In this document: one piece after another, positions 20,247 through 29,920 of the stretch
Numbering within the stretch: position 1 is the first letter of the stretch
Layout: every line of letters starts with the position of its first letter
Assembly: GCA_964650315.1 (NCBI GenBank)
Contig: CAZYQE010000001.1
Location: 78,677-142,676 of the forward strand
DNA length: 64,000 nt
Source of the DNA: an uncultured Muribaculaceae bacterium
GTDB taxonomy: Bacteria; Bacillota_I; Bacilli_A; RF39; UBA660
Reading direction: 5' to 3'
Made by a program: the position numbers and the translations under genes
Notes under the pieces: generated by a model
Told to the model about the DNA's origin: nothing
Seen by the model: the letters and a program-made list of their open reading frames with translations, nothing else
The model's database searches: none

Positions 20247-22130
20247 ATGGAAGAAGAAAATAAAGTATTAGAAGATGATACTGAAATATTAGATGATAAT
20301 GTTCCAACAGAAAATAATGAAGGATTAAATGAAAATGTGGAAGAACCACTTCCAGAAATAAATAATAATGAAGGGATGGAAGAACCATTACCAGAAGTAA
20401 ACAATCAAGAAACACCAGTAGAGACTCCGATAGAGGAACCTATTGAAACTCCAGTAGAACCAACTCCAATAGAGGATAATTCTGCAGTTATGGAAGAAAC
20501 TCCAATAGAAGATAATTCTACTATGATGCAAGATAATCCAATGGATATGAATGAAACAAATACAACACCTGTTTCTCCAATAGAAGAACCAAGTGATAAA
20601 AAAGAAAAGAAAAAAGGTAAAAAGGCACCAGTAATTATAATTCTTTTATTACTTATTGCTATTGGTGTAGGAGTTTATTTCTATTTAACTAATTCAAAAT
20701 CAGAAAAGGTTAAATCTCCAGAAAAACAATCTGCCTATAGAATATCTGGAAATGATTTAACAGATTTTGACTTAAGATTTATGCAATTAGAAAATAATAA
20801 CAAAAATAAAATATATAGTCCACTTTCTATTAAATATGCCCTAGCTATGTTAAAAGAAGGTGCTAAAGGAGATACTAAAGATCAAATTACTGATATCATA
20901 GGTGACTATAAAGCTAGAAAATATGTAAATAATAAAAATATGTCATTTGCAAATGGAATGTTTATAAAAGATACTTATAAAGATTCAGTAAAACAAACAT
21001 ATGTAGATAATTTAAAAGAAAACTATAATGCAGAAGTTATATATGATACATTCAAAACACCAGATAATCTAAACAAATGGGTTAGTGATAAAACATTTGG
21101 ATTAATAAAAGATTTATTTGATAATGTATCAGATAAAAATTATGAACTTGTTAATGCATTAGCTATTGATATGAATTGGAATAATTTAATTCAAAATGAA
21201 GAGGGTAGAACTATCCCAGGAAAATGGTATAATGTTTCATATGCTCATGAAGATTACGAAGATCATGTTGATCTTCTAGGATATAATCAATATAAATCAA
21301 TGACATTTAATAATAAAAATAATATTAAATCAGTTGAAGTAAGAGCTAGTATTAATAATTATAATATTGTAAAAGAATTAGGAAAAGATAAAATAAAAGA
21401 AACAGTAAAAAAAGAATATGATAAATTTGTTAAAGAAAAACCATGTGGTAATGATTATGATTATTCACCATTAACTGATCAATATTTTAATGAATATATT
21501 AAGGATATAGATGCAAATTATAAAAAAGTAGATGAATCAACAGATTTCTTAATGCATGATGATAAAAATGTAAAAGTTTTTGCAAAAAATTTAAAAGAAT
21601 ATGATGGCACAACTTTACAATATGTTGGTATTATGCCTAAAAATGAAGATTTAGATAAATATGTTAAAAATATGAATGCTAAAAAGATTAATAAGATAAT
21701 GGGTAACTTAAAAGAAATAAAATCAGAAAACTTTAAAGAAGGTAAAGTAACTAAGATAAAAGCTACAATACCATTATTTAAATTTGATTATAAATTAGAA
21801 TTAAAAGCAGATTTAAATAAGATGGGAATTAAAAATGTATTTAATAAAGATAAAGCAGATTTATCAAATTTAACTAGTGAAAAAACATATATAGATAGTG
21901 CTTCACATAAAGCTAATATAGAATTTTCTAATGAAGGAATTAAAGCTGCTGCTGCTACAGAAGTTGGTGGAGCTGGATCTACTTCAGGTTGCGGATTTGA
22001 TTATCAATTTAAAATTCCAGTAGAAGAAATAGATCTAACTTTTGATAAACCATATATGTTTATTATTAGAGATAAAAGCACTGGTGAAGTATGGTTTGCT
22101 GGTACAGTATATGAACCAAGTACTAATTAA
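20247..22130 (+). CDS. Membrane-anchored serpin with acidic Pro/Glu-rich N-terminal region
   Basis: ATG 20247 (SD AGGAGG); TM helix; YSPLSIKYALAML, NKWVSDKTFGLI, LVNALAIDMNW, hinge EGIKAAAAT, FDKPYMFIIRD..WFAG. Confidence 0.9.
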   Translation: MEEENKVLEDDTEILDDNVPTENNEGLNENVEEPLPEINNNEGMEEPLPEVNNQETPVETPIEEPIETPVEPTPIEDNSAVMEETPIEDNSTMMQDNPMDMNETNTTPVSPIEEPSDKKEKKKGKKAPVIIILLLLIAIGVGVYFYLTNSKSEKVKSPEKQSAYRISGNDLTDFDLRFMQLENNNKNKIYSPLSIKYALAMLKEGAKGDTKDQITDIIGDYKARKYVNNKNMSFANGMFIKDTYKDSVKQTYVDNLKENYNAEVIYDTFKTPDNLNKWVSDKTFGLIKDLFDNVSDKNYELVNALAIDMNWNNLIQNEEGRTIPGKWYNVSYAHEDYEDHVDLLGYNQYKSMTFNNKNNIKSVEVRASINNYNIVKELGKDKIKETVKKEYDKFVKEKPCGNDYDYSPLTDQYFNEYIKDIDANYKKVDESTDFLMHDDKNVKVFAKNLKEYDGTTLQYVGIMPKNEDLDKYVKNMNAKKINKIMGNLKEIKSENFKEGKVTKIKATIPLFKFDYKLELKADLNKMGIKNVFNKDKADLSNLTSEKTYIDSASHKANIEFSNEGIKAAAATEVGGAGSTSGCGFDYQFKIPVEEIDLTFDKPYMFIIRDKSTGEVWFAGTVYEPSTN

Positions 22131-22139
22131 TAAAAAGTA

Positions 22140-22174
22140 AAGAGAAAATACAAATAATTTGTATTTTCTTTTTT
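22140..22174 (+). terminator. Intrinsic terminator after the serpin gene
   Basis: AGAAAATACAAAT/ATTTGTATTTTCT hairpin plus T run. Confidence 0.7.
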
Positions 22175-22219
22175 ATTTGGTAAAATATGATATAATTTAG
22201 GAGAAAAAGTGGTGATATT

Positions 22220-23446
22220 ATGGATAAAATAGTTATTATTGGTGGAGGAGCTTCAGGTCTAGTAAGTTCTATTATTAGTAAGAATGAAAATAATAAAGTA
22301 ATCATATTAGAAAGAAATAAAGATTGTGGTAAGAAATTACTAATGACTGGTAATGGTAGATGTAATTACTTTAATAGTAATCAAGATTTAAGTAATTATT
22401 ATAGTAATGATAATAATCTAATAAAAGAATTTATTAATACTAAAAATATATACAAAGTATTAAAGTTTTTTGATGGGTTAGAAATTACTCCTAAAATAAA
22501 AGATAACTTATATTATCCATTTTCTAATCAAGCAGTAACTATAAAAAATGCATTAGTAGAAGAAGTAAAAAGAAGTGGAGTTATTATAAAAAATAACTTC
22601 TTAGTAAAAAGTATTACTAAAGAAAATAATAAATTTATAATAAAATCAGATAAAGAAACTATTACTTGTGATAAAGTAATAATCTCTACTGGATCATACT
22701 CATATCCTAAAACAGGTAGTACAGGTATGGGTTATAAATTCTTAGAAAAATTTGGTCATAAAATAGAAAAAGTATATCCAAATCTTATGGGTGTTAAAAG
22801 TGATGCTAAATTTTTAAAAGAATGGACTGGTGTAAGAAGTGAAGTAAAACTATCTTTATTTGAAGATAATAAATTATCAAAAGAAGAGTATGGTGAAGCT
22901 CAATTTACTAAATATGGTATTAGTGGTATATGTACTTTTAATTTATCAGGGTCAATAGTAAAAGGATTAGATAATAAAAAACAAGAAGTAATAAAAATAA
23001 ACTTTATACCATTCTTAGATTACATAGAAAAAGAAGAGTATATAGAATGGTTAATATATAAGACTAAGAAACTAGATTTATCTATATCTAAAGTATTAGA
23101 AAGAATACTTAATTATAAATTAGTAAATATTATTTTAAAAGAATCTAATATAGATAGTAACAAATTATTTACAGAGTTATCAAAAGAAGAACAAAAAACT
23201 TTAATAGATAATCTAATATCATTTAAATTAAATATAATTGATACAAATAGTTTTGAAGAAGCTCAAACTTGTAGTGGAGGAGTTTCATTAAAAGAAGTTA
23301 ATTTAGAAACAATGGAGTCACAAATAGTAAGTAATTTATATATAACAGGTGAACTACTAGATATAGTAGGTTTATGTGGTGGTTATAATTTAACTATTGC
23401 TTGGTTAAGTGGAATACTTGCAGGAAGAAGTGTTAATAATGATTAG
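22220..23446 (+). CDS. HI0933/YhiN-family flavoprotein
   Basis: IIGGGASG, GKKLLMTGNGRCN, STGSYSYPKTGSTGMGY, GELLDIVGLCGGYNL. Confidence 0.9.
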   Translation: MDKIVIIGGGASGLVSSIISKNENNKVIILERNKDCGKKLLMTGNGRCNYFNSNQDLSNYYSNDNNLIKEFINTKNIYKVLKFFDGLEITPKIKDNLYYPFSNQAVTIKNALVEEVKRSGVIIKNNFLVKSITKENNKFIIKSDKETITCDKVIISTGSYSYPKTGSTGMGYKFLEKFGHKIEKVYPNLMGVKSDAKFLKEWTGVRSEVKLSLFEDNKLSKEEYGEAQFTKYGISGICTFNLSGSIVKGLDNKKQEVIKINFIPFLDYIEKEEYIEWLIYKTKKLDLSISKVLERILNYKLVNIILKESNIDSNKLFTELSKEEQKTLIDNLISFKLNIIDTNSFEEAQTCSGGVSLKEVNLETMESQIVSNLYITGELLDIVGLCGGYNLTIAWLSGILAGRSVNND

Positions 23447-24995
23447 ATTAAGACAAGTAAGAGTTCCAATAGATAAAGAAATAGATTTAAAAAAGAAAGT
23501 ATCTAAATTATTAAAAACAAAAGAATCTAATATAAAGAATATTAAGTGTATAAAAAAATCTATTGATGCAAGAGATAAAAATAATATTTTATATGTATAT
23601 GAATTAGATGTAGAAGTTTTGAGTGAAGATATTGTTTTAAAGAAAATAAATTCTAAAGATATATTTAAAAGTATAAGTAAAAAGTATTCTTTTCCTAAAA
23701 TAAACAATAAAGATAAAAAGATAGTTATAGTAGGAAGTGGGCCTGCTGGACTATTTTGTGGATACGTTCTTGCTGAAAATGGATACAAACCTATAGTTAT
23801 AGAACGTGGAGAAAAAATAGAAGACAGAGTAAAAACTGTAGAAGAATTTTGGAAAAATAATAACTTAAATATAAATAATAATGTCTGTTTTGGAGAAGGC
23901 GGAGCAGGTACTTTTTCTGATGGAAAATTAAATACTTTAACAAAAGATAAAGAATCTAGAGGTAATAAAGTATTTTCCATATTTATAGAAAATGGTGCAC
24001 CTGGTGAAATAGCTTATGATTCCCTTCCTCATATTGGAACAGACAAATTAAGAGAAGTAGTTAAAAATATTAGAAATAAGATAATAGATATGGGTGGAGA
24101 ATTTTTATTTAATAGTTTAGTTACTGATATTAATATAAAGAATAATAAAGTATGTAGTGTAATTGTAAATGACAAAGAAATAGAATGTGATAACTTAGTT
24201 CTTGCAATTGGTCATAGTGCAAGAGACACTTTTGAAATGTTGCATAAAAAAGGTGTTTGTATGGAATCCAAACCATTCGCAATAGGACTTCGTGTAGAAC
24301 ATCCTCAATCTATGATAAATAAATCTCAATATGGAGATTCATATAAAAAACTAAATCCCGCTAGTTATAAACTAACATATAATACTAAAAAAGGTAGAGG
24401 AGTATATTCATTCTGTATGTGTCCAGGTGGATATGTAGTAAACTCATCTACTGAAAAAGATGGATTAGTAATCAATGGTATGAGTGATTATAAACGTGAT
24501 AGTAAAAATTCTAATAGCGCTATTGTCGTAACAGTTAATAAAAATGACTATGGAAAAGAATTATTTGATGGAGTAAAATTCCAAAGAGAATTAGAAAGAC
24601 AAGCTTATAAATTAGGGGAAGGTAATATACCAGTACAATTATATAAAGATTTTATAGATAAAAAAGTTAGCACTAAATTTAGCTATGATCCTTGTATTAA
24701 AGGCAATTATAAATTTAGTGACTTAAACAAGTTATTGCCAGACTATGTATCTGATTCTATAAAGGAAGCTTTGCCAATGTTTGGGAAAAAGATTAAAGGT
24801 TTTGATAGGGATGATATTATTATGTTAGGTATTGAATCTAGGACTTCATCACCTATAAAGATTAAACGTAATGAAAAAGGTATTTCTAATATAGAAGGAA
24901 TATATCCATGTGGAGAAGGTGCTGGATATTCTGGAGGTATTACTACTTCTGCAATTGATGGTATAAAACAAGCTGAGAATATTGCTAGAAATTGA
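23439..24995 (+). CDS. FAD-dependent oxidoreductase (COG2509-like)
   Basis: VGSGPAGLF, FGEGGAGTFSDGKL, SFCMCPGG, GEGAGYSGGITTSAIDG; ATG 23439. Confidence 0.88.
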   Translation: MIRLRQVRVPIDKEIDLKKKVSKLLKTKESNIKNIKCIKKSIDARDKNNILYVYELDVEVLSEDIVLKKINSKDIFKSISKKYSFPKINNKDKKIVIVGSGPAGLFCGYVLAENGYKPIVIERGEKIEDRVKTVEEFWKNNNLNINNNVCFGEGGAGTFSDGKLNTLTKDKESRGNKVFSIFIENGAPGEIAYDSLPHIGTDKLREVVKNIRNKIIDMGGEFLFNSLVTDINIKNNKVCSVIVNDKEIECDNLVLAIGHSARDTFEMLHKKGVCMESKPFAIGLRVEHPQSMINKSQYGDSYKKLNPASYKLTYNTKKGRGVYSFCMCPGGYVVNSSTEKDGLVINGMSDYKRDSKNSNSAIVVTVNKNDYGKELFDGVKFQRELERQAYKLGEGNIPVQLYKDFIDKKVSTKFSYDPCIKGNYKFSDLNKLLPDYVSDSIKEALPMFGKKIKGFDRDDIIMLGIESRTSSPIKIKRNEKGISNIEGIYPCGEGAGYSGGITTSAIDGIKQAENIARN

Positions 24996-25045
24996 TTTTT
25001 TAGTAATTTTATGGTATAATATGAAGCCATATAAGGGGGATTATT

Positions 25046-26140
25046 ATGGGAAAGTCAATAAAGTCCTTGAAAGATATGTTTGTAGATATTTCTACTACAT
25101 CTTCTAAGATATTTATTGTAGGTCATGATGAACCAGATTATGATGCTATTGCGTCTGCAATAGGTCTTAGTGAATTGTGCCAAAATTATGGTATAGATTC
25201 GTATTTAATTGTTGATGATAATGATATAGAATTAGAACCCGGTGTTAAGCAAATTATCGATAAAGAAAAAGAAAGATGTAATATTATTAATATAGAAGAA
25301 TTTGAAGAATTAAAAGATAATATGTCGTCTTTAATAGTAACTGATACTAATAACCAATCTTTAGTATCTGTAAGAGATTACTTAGAAGATTTTAAAGATA
25401 TTTTAATAATAGACCATCATGCAGAAAGTGTAAGAACTATTGATACTGAAAATAAACATATAGATGAAGATGCATCAAGTGCTAGTGAAATAGTTACTAA
25501 TTTGTTAAGTAATTTAAAAGTTAAGTATAGTAAAGACACAGCTAACTATTTATTATCAGGTATCAGACTAGATACTAAAAGATTTAAAAAGAATACTTCT
25601 GCTAATACATATGATCAAGTTAGAAAATTACTTAACAGAGGTGCAACTATGGATTATGTAGAAGATTTGTTCACAACTGAAATAGATGTAGATAAAGCTA
25701 TATCTTTACTTATACATGATGATCATAATACAAGAATGGTAGAATATGGTGATCCTAACTTTGATAGAGATAATATATTACTTAAGGGTTATAATGTATC
25801 TTTTACTTTAAATAGACTAGATCCAACTAAAGGTTATAAAAAAGTTGTTTTAGCTCAAACTGCAGATAGAATGATAAGTTTTAGAACTACAGATGCTTCT
25901 TTTGTTTTAGGATATATTAACCCTAATACTGTTTATATATCCGGAAGAAGTAAAGGTAAAATAGATGTTGGAAAAATAATGGATAAAATGAATGGTGGTG
26001 GAAGCATTCGAAGTGCAGGATGTAGAATAGATAATCCAGATGATATATTTGAAATCGAAAAAGAGTTAATGCAACAAATAGAATGGGGTCTTCCTAAAGA
26101 AGAAGTAAAAAAATTAATAAAAAAACCAAGAGAAGTGTAG
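25046..26140 (+). CDS. Stand-alone DHH/DHHA1 phosphodiesterase resembling the catalytic half of GdpP
   Basis: GHDEPDYDA, IIDHH, SSASEIV, GIRLDT, AQTAD, ISGRS..GGG; no TM, PAS or GGDEF region. Confidence 0.8.
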   Translation: MGKSIKSLKDMFVDISTTSSKIFIVGHDEPDYDAIASAIGLSELCQNYGIDSYLIVDDNDIELEPGVKQIIDKEKERCNIINIEEFEELKDNMSSLIVTDTNNQSLVSVRDYLEDFKDILIIDHHAESVRTIDTENKHIDEDASSASEIVTNLLSNLKVKYSKDTANYLLSGIRLDTKRFKKNTSANTYDQVRKLLNRGATMDYVEDLFTTEIDVDKAISLLIHDDHNTRMVEYGDPNFDRDNILLKGYNVSFTLNRLDPTKGYKKVVLAQTADRMISFRTTDASFVLGYINPNTVYISGRSKGKIDVGKIMDKMNGGGSIRSAGCRIDNPDDIFEIEKELMQQIEWGLPKEEVKKLIKKPREV

Positions 26141-26184
26141 AACTTTTCTTTTTTTATACAATAATTTAAATAGGAGGTGTAATT

Positions 26185-26868
26185 ATTACTTTTAAATATC
26201 GTTATAGAAAACAAATAACTATTGGAATTATTGTATTTATTTTAATTCTATCTACTACTATATTTACAATATCTAAAATACTAAATACAAAAACTAAAAA
26301 TACTAATAAAAAAGAATTATTACTATCTAGAAAAGAAACAGTTAAAAAGAAAAAGACTACTCCTAAAAAAGTAATAGTAGATATAAAAGGAGAAGTAAAT
26401 GTTCCAGGTATATATGAATTAAAAACTAATTCTAGAGTAATAGATGTTATAGAAATGGCTGGAGGATTAACTGATAAAGCTAATACTTCTGTAATTAATT
26501 TAAGTAAAAAGATTACTGATGAAATGGTAATTATAATTTATAGTAATTATGAAGTAAATAATTTTAAAAGAACTAAAGAAATAGAAGCTAGCCTAATAGA
26601 AATGTGCAAACAAAAAGATTCTAATTCTCTAAAGAATGATGCTTGTATAGATGGAGATAAAACTACTAAAGATAATAATTCTAAAGTAAATATAAATACT
26701 GCTACTAAAGAAGAATTAATGACGTTATCTGGTATAGGAGAAGCTAAAGCTAATGATATTATTTCTTATAGAAATAAAAATACTTTTAAAACAATAGATG
26801 AAATTAAAAATATAAAAGGTATAGGAGACGCAGTATTTGCTAAAATTAAGGACCGTCTTACTATCTAA
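26185..26868 (+). CDS. comEA: Competence DNA receptor ComEA (227 aa, ATT start)
   Basis: Frame open from 26170; SD AGGAGGTG then ATT at 26185; TM helix, SLBB VDIKGEVNVPGIYEL..RVIDVIEMAGG, HhH VNINTATKEELMTLSGIGEAKA. Confidence 0.88.
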   Translation: MTFKYRYRKQITIGIIVFILILSTTIFTISKILNTKTKNTNKKELLLSRKETVKKKKTTPKKVIVDIKGEVNVPGIYELKTNSRVIDVIEMAGGLTDKANTSVINLSKKITDEMVIIIYSNYEVNNFKRTKEIEASLIEMCKQKDSNSLKNDACIDGDKTTKDNNSKVNINTATKEELMTLSGIGEAKANDIISYRNKNTFKTIDEIKNIKGIGDAVFAKIKDRLTI

Positions 26869-28909
26869 TTATTTATATATAGTTATACTTATATTAGTAT
26901 TATTAATATCACTAATTAGAATTAATCTAAATCAAGAAAATAATATAAATATAAAAGAATCAATTATACTAGATCAAGTTATAGATGGAAATAAATTATC
27001 TTTAACATTAAAATCTAATAATAAATATATTGGTAATTATTATTTCAAATCTAAAAAAGAATTAAACTATTATAAAGATAATTTTAATCTAGGGGATAAA
27101 ATAAGTATTAATGGAACTATTAATAATATAGATTCTAATACTACAAAAAATACTTTTAATTATAAAAAGTATTTAGAATATAAACATATATATAAAACAG
27201 TAAAAATAGATTCTATTAAAAAAATATCTAATACTAATAATATTTATTATTTATTAAAACAAAGTATAATTAATAGTCTAAATAATAATCCATATTTAAA
27301 TACTTTTATATTAGGAGATAAAAGATATTTAAAACAAGAAATAAAAGAGTCTTATCAAAATAATGGTATATCTCATTTATTTGCTTTAAGTGGTATGCAT
27401 ACAAGTTTACTTGGAGGAATTATATTATCTATTCTAAAGAAATTAAAAGTATCTGAAAACAAAAGATATTTAATTACTTGTATTATTTTATTATTATATT
27501 TATTTCTAACAGGAATTTCTCCATCTATACTTAGAGGAGTACTATTCTTTATATTATTTTCTATTAATAAAATATATTATTTCTATATTAAAGGATATAA
27601 CATATTTATTTTAACTCTATCTATATCTTTATTAATAGAACCATTCTATATTTATGAAGTAGCTTTCTGGTATTCTTTTACTATTAGTCTAACTTTAATA
27701 TTAATGGGAGAGTTTATAAATAGATACAATAATTATCTAAAGAAATTATTAATAACATCATTCCTATCTTTTGTATCTAGTATTCCTATAACTTTATATA
27801 ATTTCTATCAAATAAACATACTAAGTATTATATATAATTTATTCTATGTACCATTAATAAGTATTATAATATTTCCATTATCACTCCTAACATACATATT
27901 TAATTTTCTAGAACCACTATATAATATATTAATCAATATATTAGAAACAACATCTTTATACTTAAATAAAATAAATACTTTTAAATTTATATTTCCAAAA
28001 CTAAATATAATTATTTATATATTATATTTTATATTTATAATAATCTTTTTTATTGGTCTTAATAAAAAGAAAAGACTATTATATATACCATTATTTTTAT
28101 TAATAATTATTCATTACTTTTATCCATATTATATAAATGATAATTATATAAAGATGCTTGATATTGGACAGGGAGATTCTTTTATACTTCATTCTAATAA
28201 TAAAACTGTACTTATAGATACAGGAGGGAACATGTCTTTTATAAGAGATAAATGGATGATAAGAAAAAAGAATAATTCATTAGTAAAAAATATAACTATA
28301 CCATTACTTAAATCCTTAGGTATTAAAAAAATAGATATAATGATTCTTACTCATGGTGATTATGATCATCTAGGAGAAGCATTAAATCTAATTAATAATT
28401 TTAAAGTAGATAAAGTTTATATAAATGATAATAGAATTAATTATTTAGAAAGACAAATTATAAAGAAACATAATAATATTTATATATCTAAAGAAGGAAC
28501 TAATTTTAATATAGGTAATTTTAATTTCTTAGAATTAAACACTGATTTAGAAGATGAAAATGATAGTAGTTCTATATACTATATAACTTATAATAATTTA
28601 AAAATGTTATTTACAGGAGATGCATCTGTTAAAAGTGAAGAATATATATTAAATAATTATAATATTAAAAATATAGATATGTTAAAACTAGGTCATCATG
28701 GATCAAGAACTTCTACAAGTGAAGATTTATTAGAAAAAACAAACCCCAAACTAGCTTTAATCTCATGTGGAAGAAACAATAGATTTGGGCATCCCCATTT
28801 AGAAACAATAGAGAAACTAAATAAATATAATATTAATTATTTAAGAACAGATAAACTAGGTACAATTACAATTAATCTTGACACATATAAAATAACTACA
28901 GGAAATTAG
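26837..28909 (+). CDS. comEC: DNA internalisation competence protein ComEC/Rec2
   Basis: GISHLFALSGMH, multiple TMs, beta-lactamase-like DIGQGD, THGDYDH, GHHGS. Confidence 0.93.
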   Translation: MLKLRTVLLSNYLYIVILILVLLISLIRINLNQENNINIKESIILDQVIDGNKLSLTLKSNNKYIGNYYFKSKKELNYYKDNFNLGDKISINGTINNIDSNTTKNTFNYKKYLEYKHIYKTVKIDSIKKISNTNNIYYLLKQSIINSLNNNPYLNTFILGDKRYLKQEIKESYQNNGISHLFALSGMHTSLLGGIILSILKKLKVSENKRYLITCIILLLYLFLTGISPSILRGVLFFILFSINKIYYFYIKGYNIFILTLSISLLIEPFYIYEVAFWYSFTISLTLILMGEFINRYNNYLKKLLITSFLSFVSSIPITLYNFYQINILSIIYNLFYVPLISIIIFPLSLLTYIFNFLEPLYNILINILETTSLYLNKINTFKFIFPKLNIIIYILYFIFIIIFFIGLNKKKRLLYIPLFLLIIIHYFYPYYINDNYIKMLDIGQGDSFILHSNNKTVLIDTGGNMSFIRDKWMIRKKNNSLVKNITIPLLKSLGIKKIDIMILTHGDYDHLGEALNLINNFKVDKVYINDNRINYLERQIIKKHNNIYISKEGTNFNIGNFNFLELNTDLEDENDSSSIYYITYNNLKMLFTGDASVKSEEYILNNYNIKNIDMLKLGHHGSRTSTSEDLLEKTNPKLALISCGRNNRFGHPHLETIEKLNKYNINYLRTDKLGTITINLDTYKITTGN

Positions 28910-28959
28910 TATAGACAAAAATAATTATTTTAGATAGAATTATATTAAGTGGTGATATT

Positions 28960-29862
28960 ATGAAGAAAGTAAAAAATGTTATTGATAAAGCAGATGAGAC
29001 TGCTTTAGTACATGATTATCAAGATGCATGTAGTAATAAAGAATTTAAAGACTATGTTGATGGTTTAAATATTAATGATGATATACTTATGAAATATACT
29101 TCTAGTTTAGAAGAAAGTTTTTGTGAAGAGAAAAATTGTAGTAAGTGTAAAAGTATTACTACTTGTAAAAATAATATAGTTGGATATAAATATACTCCAG
29201 AAAAAGATAATAATATAATTACTTTTTCATATATTGCGTGTCCTAGAAAACAAAAAGAAATAAAGAATAATTTATATAAAGAAAATGTAGAATTATTTGA
29301 TATACCTAAAGAAATTAGTGAAGCTTCATTTAAGAATATTTATAAAGATGATTCAGCTAGGCTTCCTATACTTAAATATTTTAATGAGTTTATGAAAAAC
29401 TATGATAAGAAAGATAAACCTAAAGGATTATATTTAAATGGATCTTTTGGATCTGGTAAAACTTATTTAGTTGCAGCTCTTTTCAATGAGATGGCTAAAA
29501 AAGATATTAAATCTGCATTAATATATTATCCAGAGTTTTTAAGAAGTTTGAAAGCATCTTTCCAAACAGATTATAAAGAAAAATTTGAATATATAAAGAA
29601 GGTTCCATTATTACTACTTGATGATATTGGTGCAGAAAACTGTAGTAGTTGGTCTAGAGATGAAATTTTAGGACCTATACTTCAATATCGTATGGAAAGT
29701 AATCTACCTACATTCTTTACATCTAATTTAACTTTAAAAGAATTAGAAAAAGCTTTATCTATTACTACTTCTGGTGTAGATAAAGTTAAAGCTAGAAGAA
29801 TAATTGAAAGAATAAAATGGTTAACTAAAAACTTAGAATTAGTAAGTAAAAACAGACGATAA
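28960..29862 (+). CDS. dnaI: Primosomal helicase loader DnaI
   Basis: N-terminal Cys cluster, GSFGSGKT, LLDDIGAE, FFTSN, ARRIIERI. Confidence 0.93.
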   Translation: MKKVKNVIDKADETALVHDYQDACSNKEFKDYVDGLNINDDILMKYTSSLEESFCEEKNCSKCKSITTCKNNIVGYKYTPEKDNNIITFSYIACPRKQKEIKNNLYKENVELFDIPKEISEASFKNIYKDDSARLPILKYFNEFMKNYDKKDKPKGLYLNGSFGSGKTYLVAALFNEMAKKDIKSALIYYPEFLRSLKASFQTDYKEKFEYIKKVPLLLLDDIGAENCSSWSRDEILGPILQYRMESNLPTFFTSNLTLKELEKALSITTSGVDKVKARRIIERIKWLTKNLELVSKNRR

Positions 29863-29920
29863 TTTTGACTTTTTTAGTTAAATATGGTATTATAAGCCCC
29901 ATTCCGGTGGGGTGTTTTTT

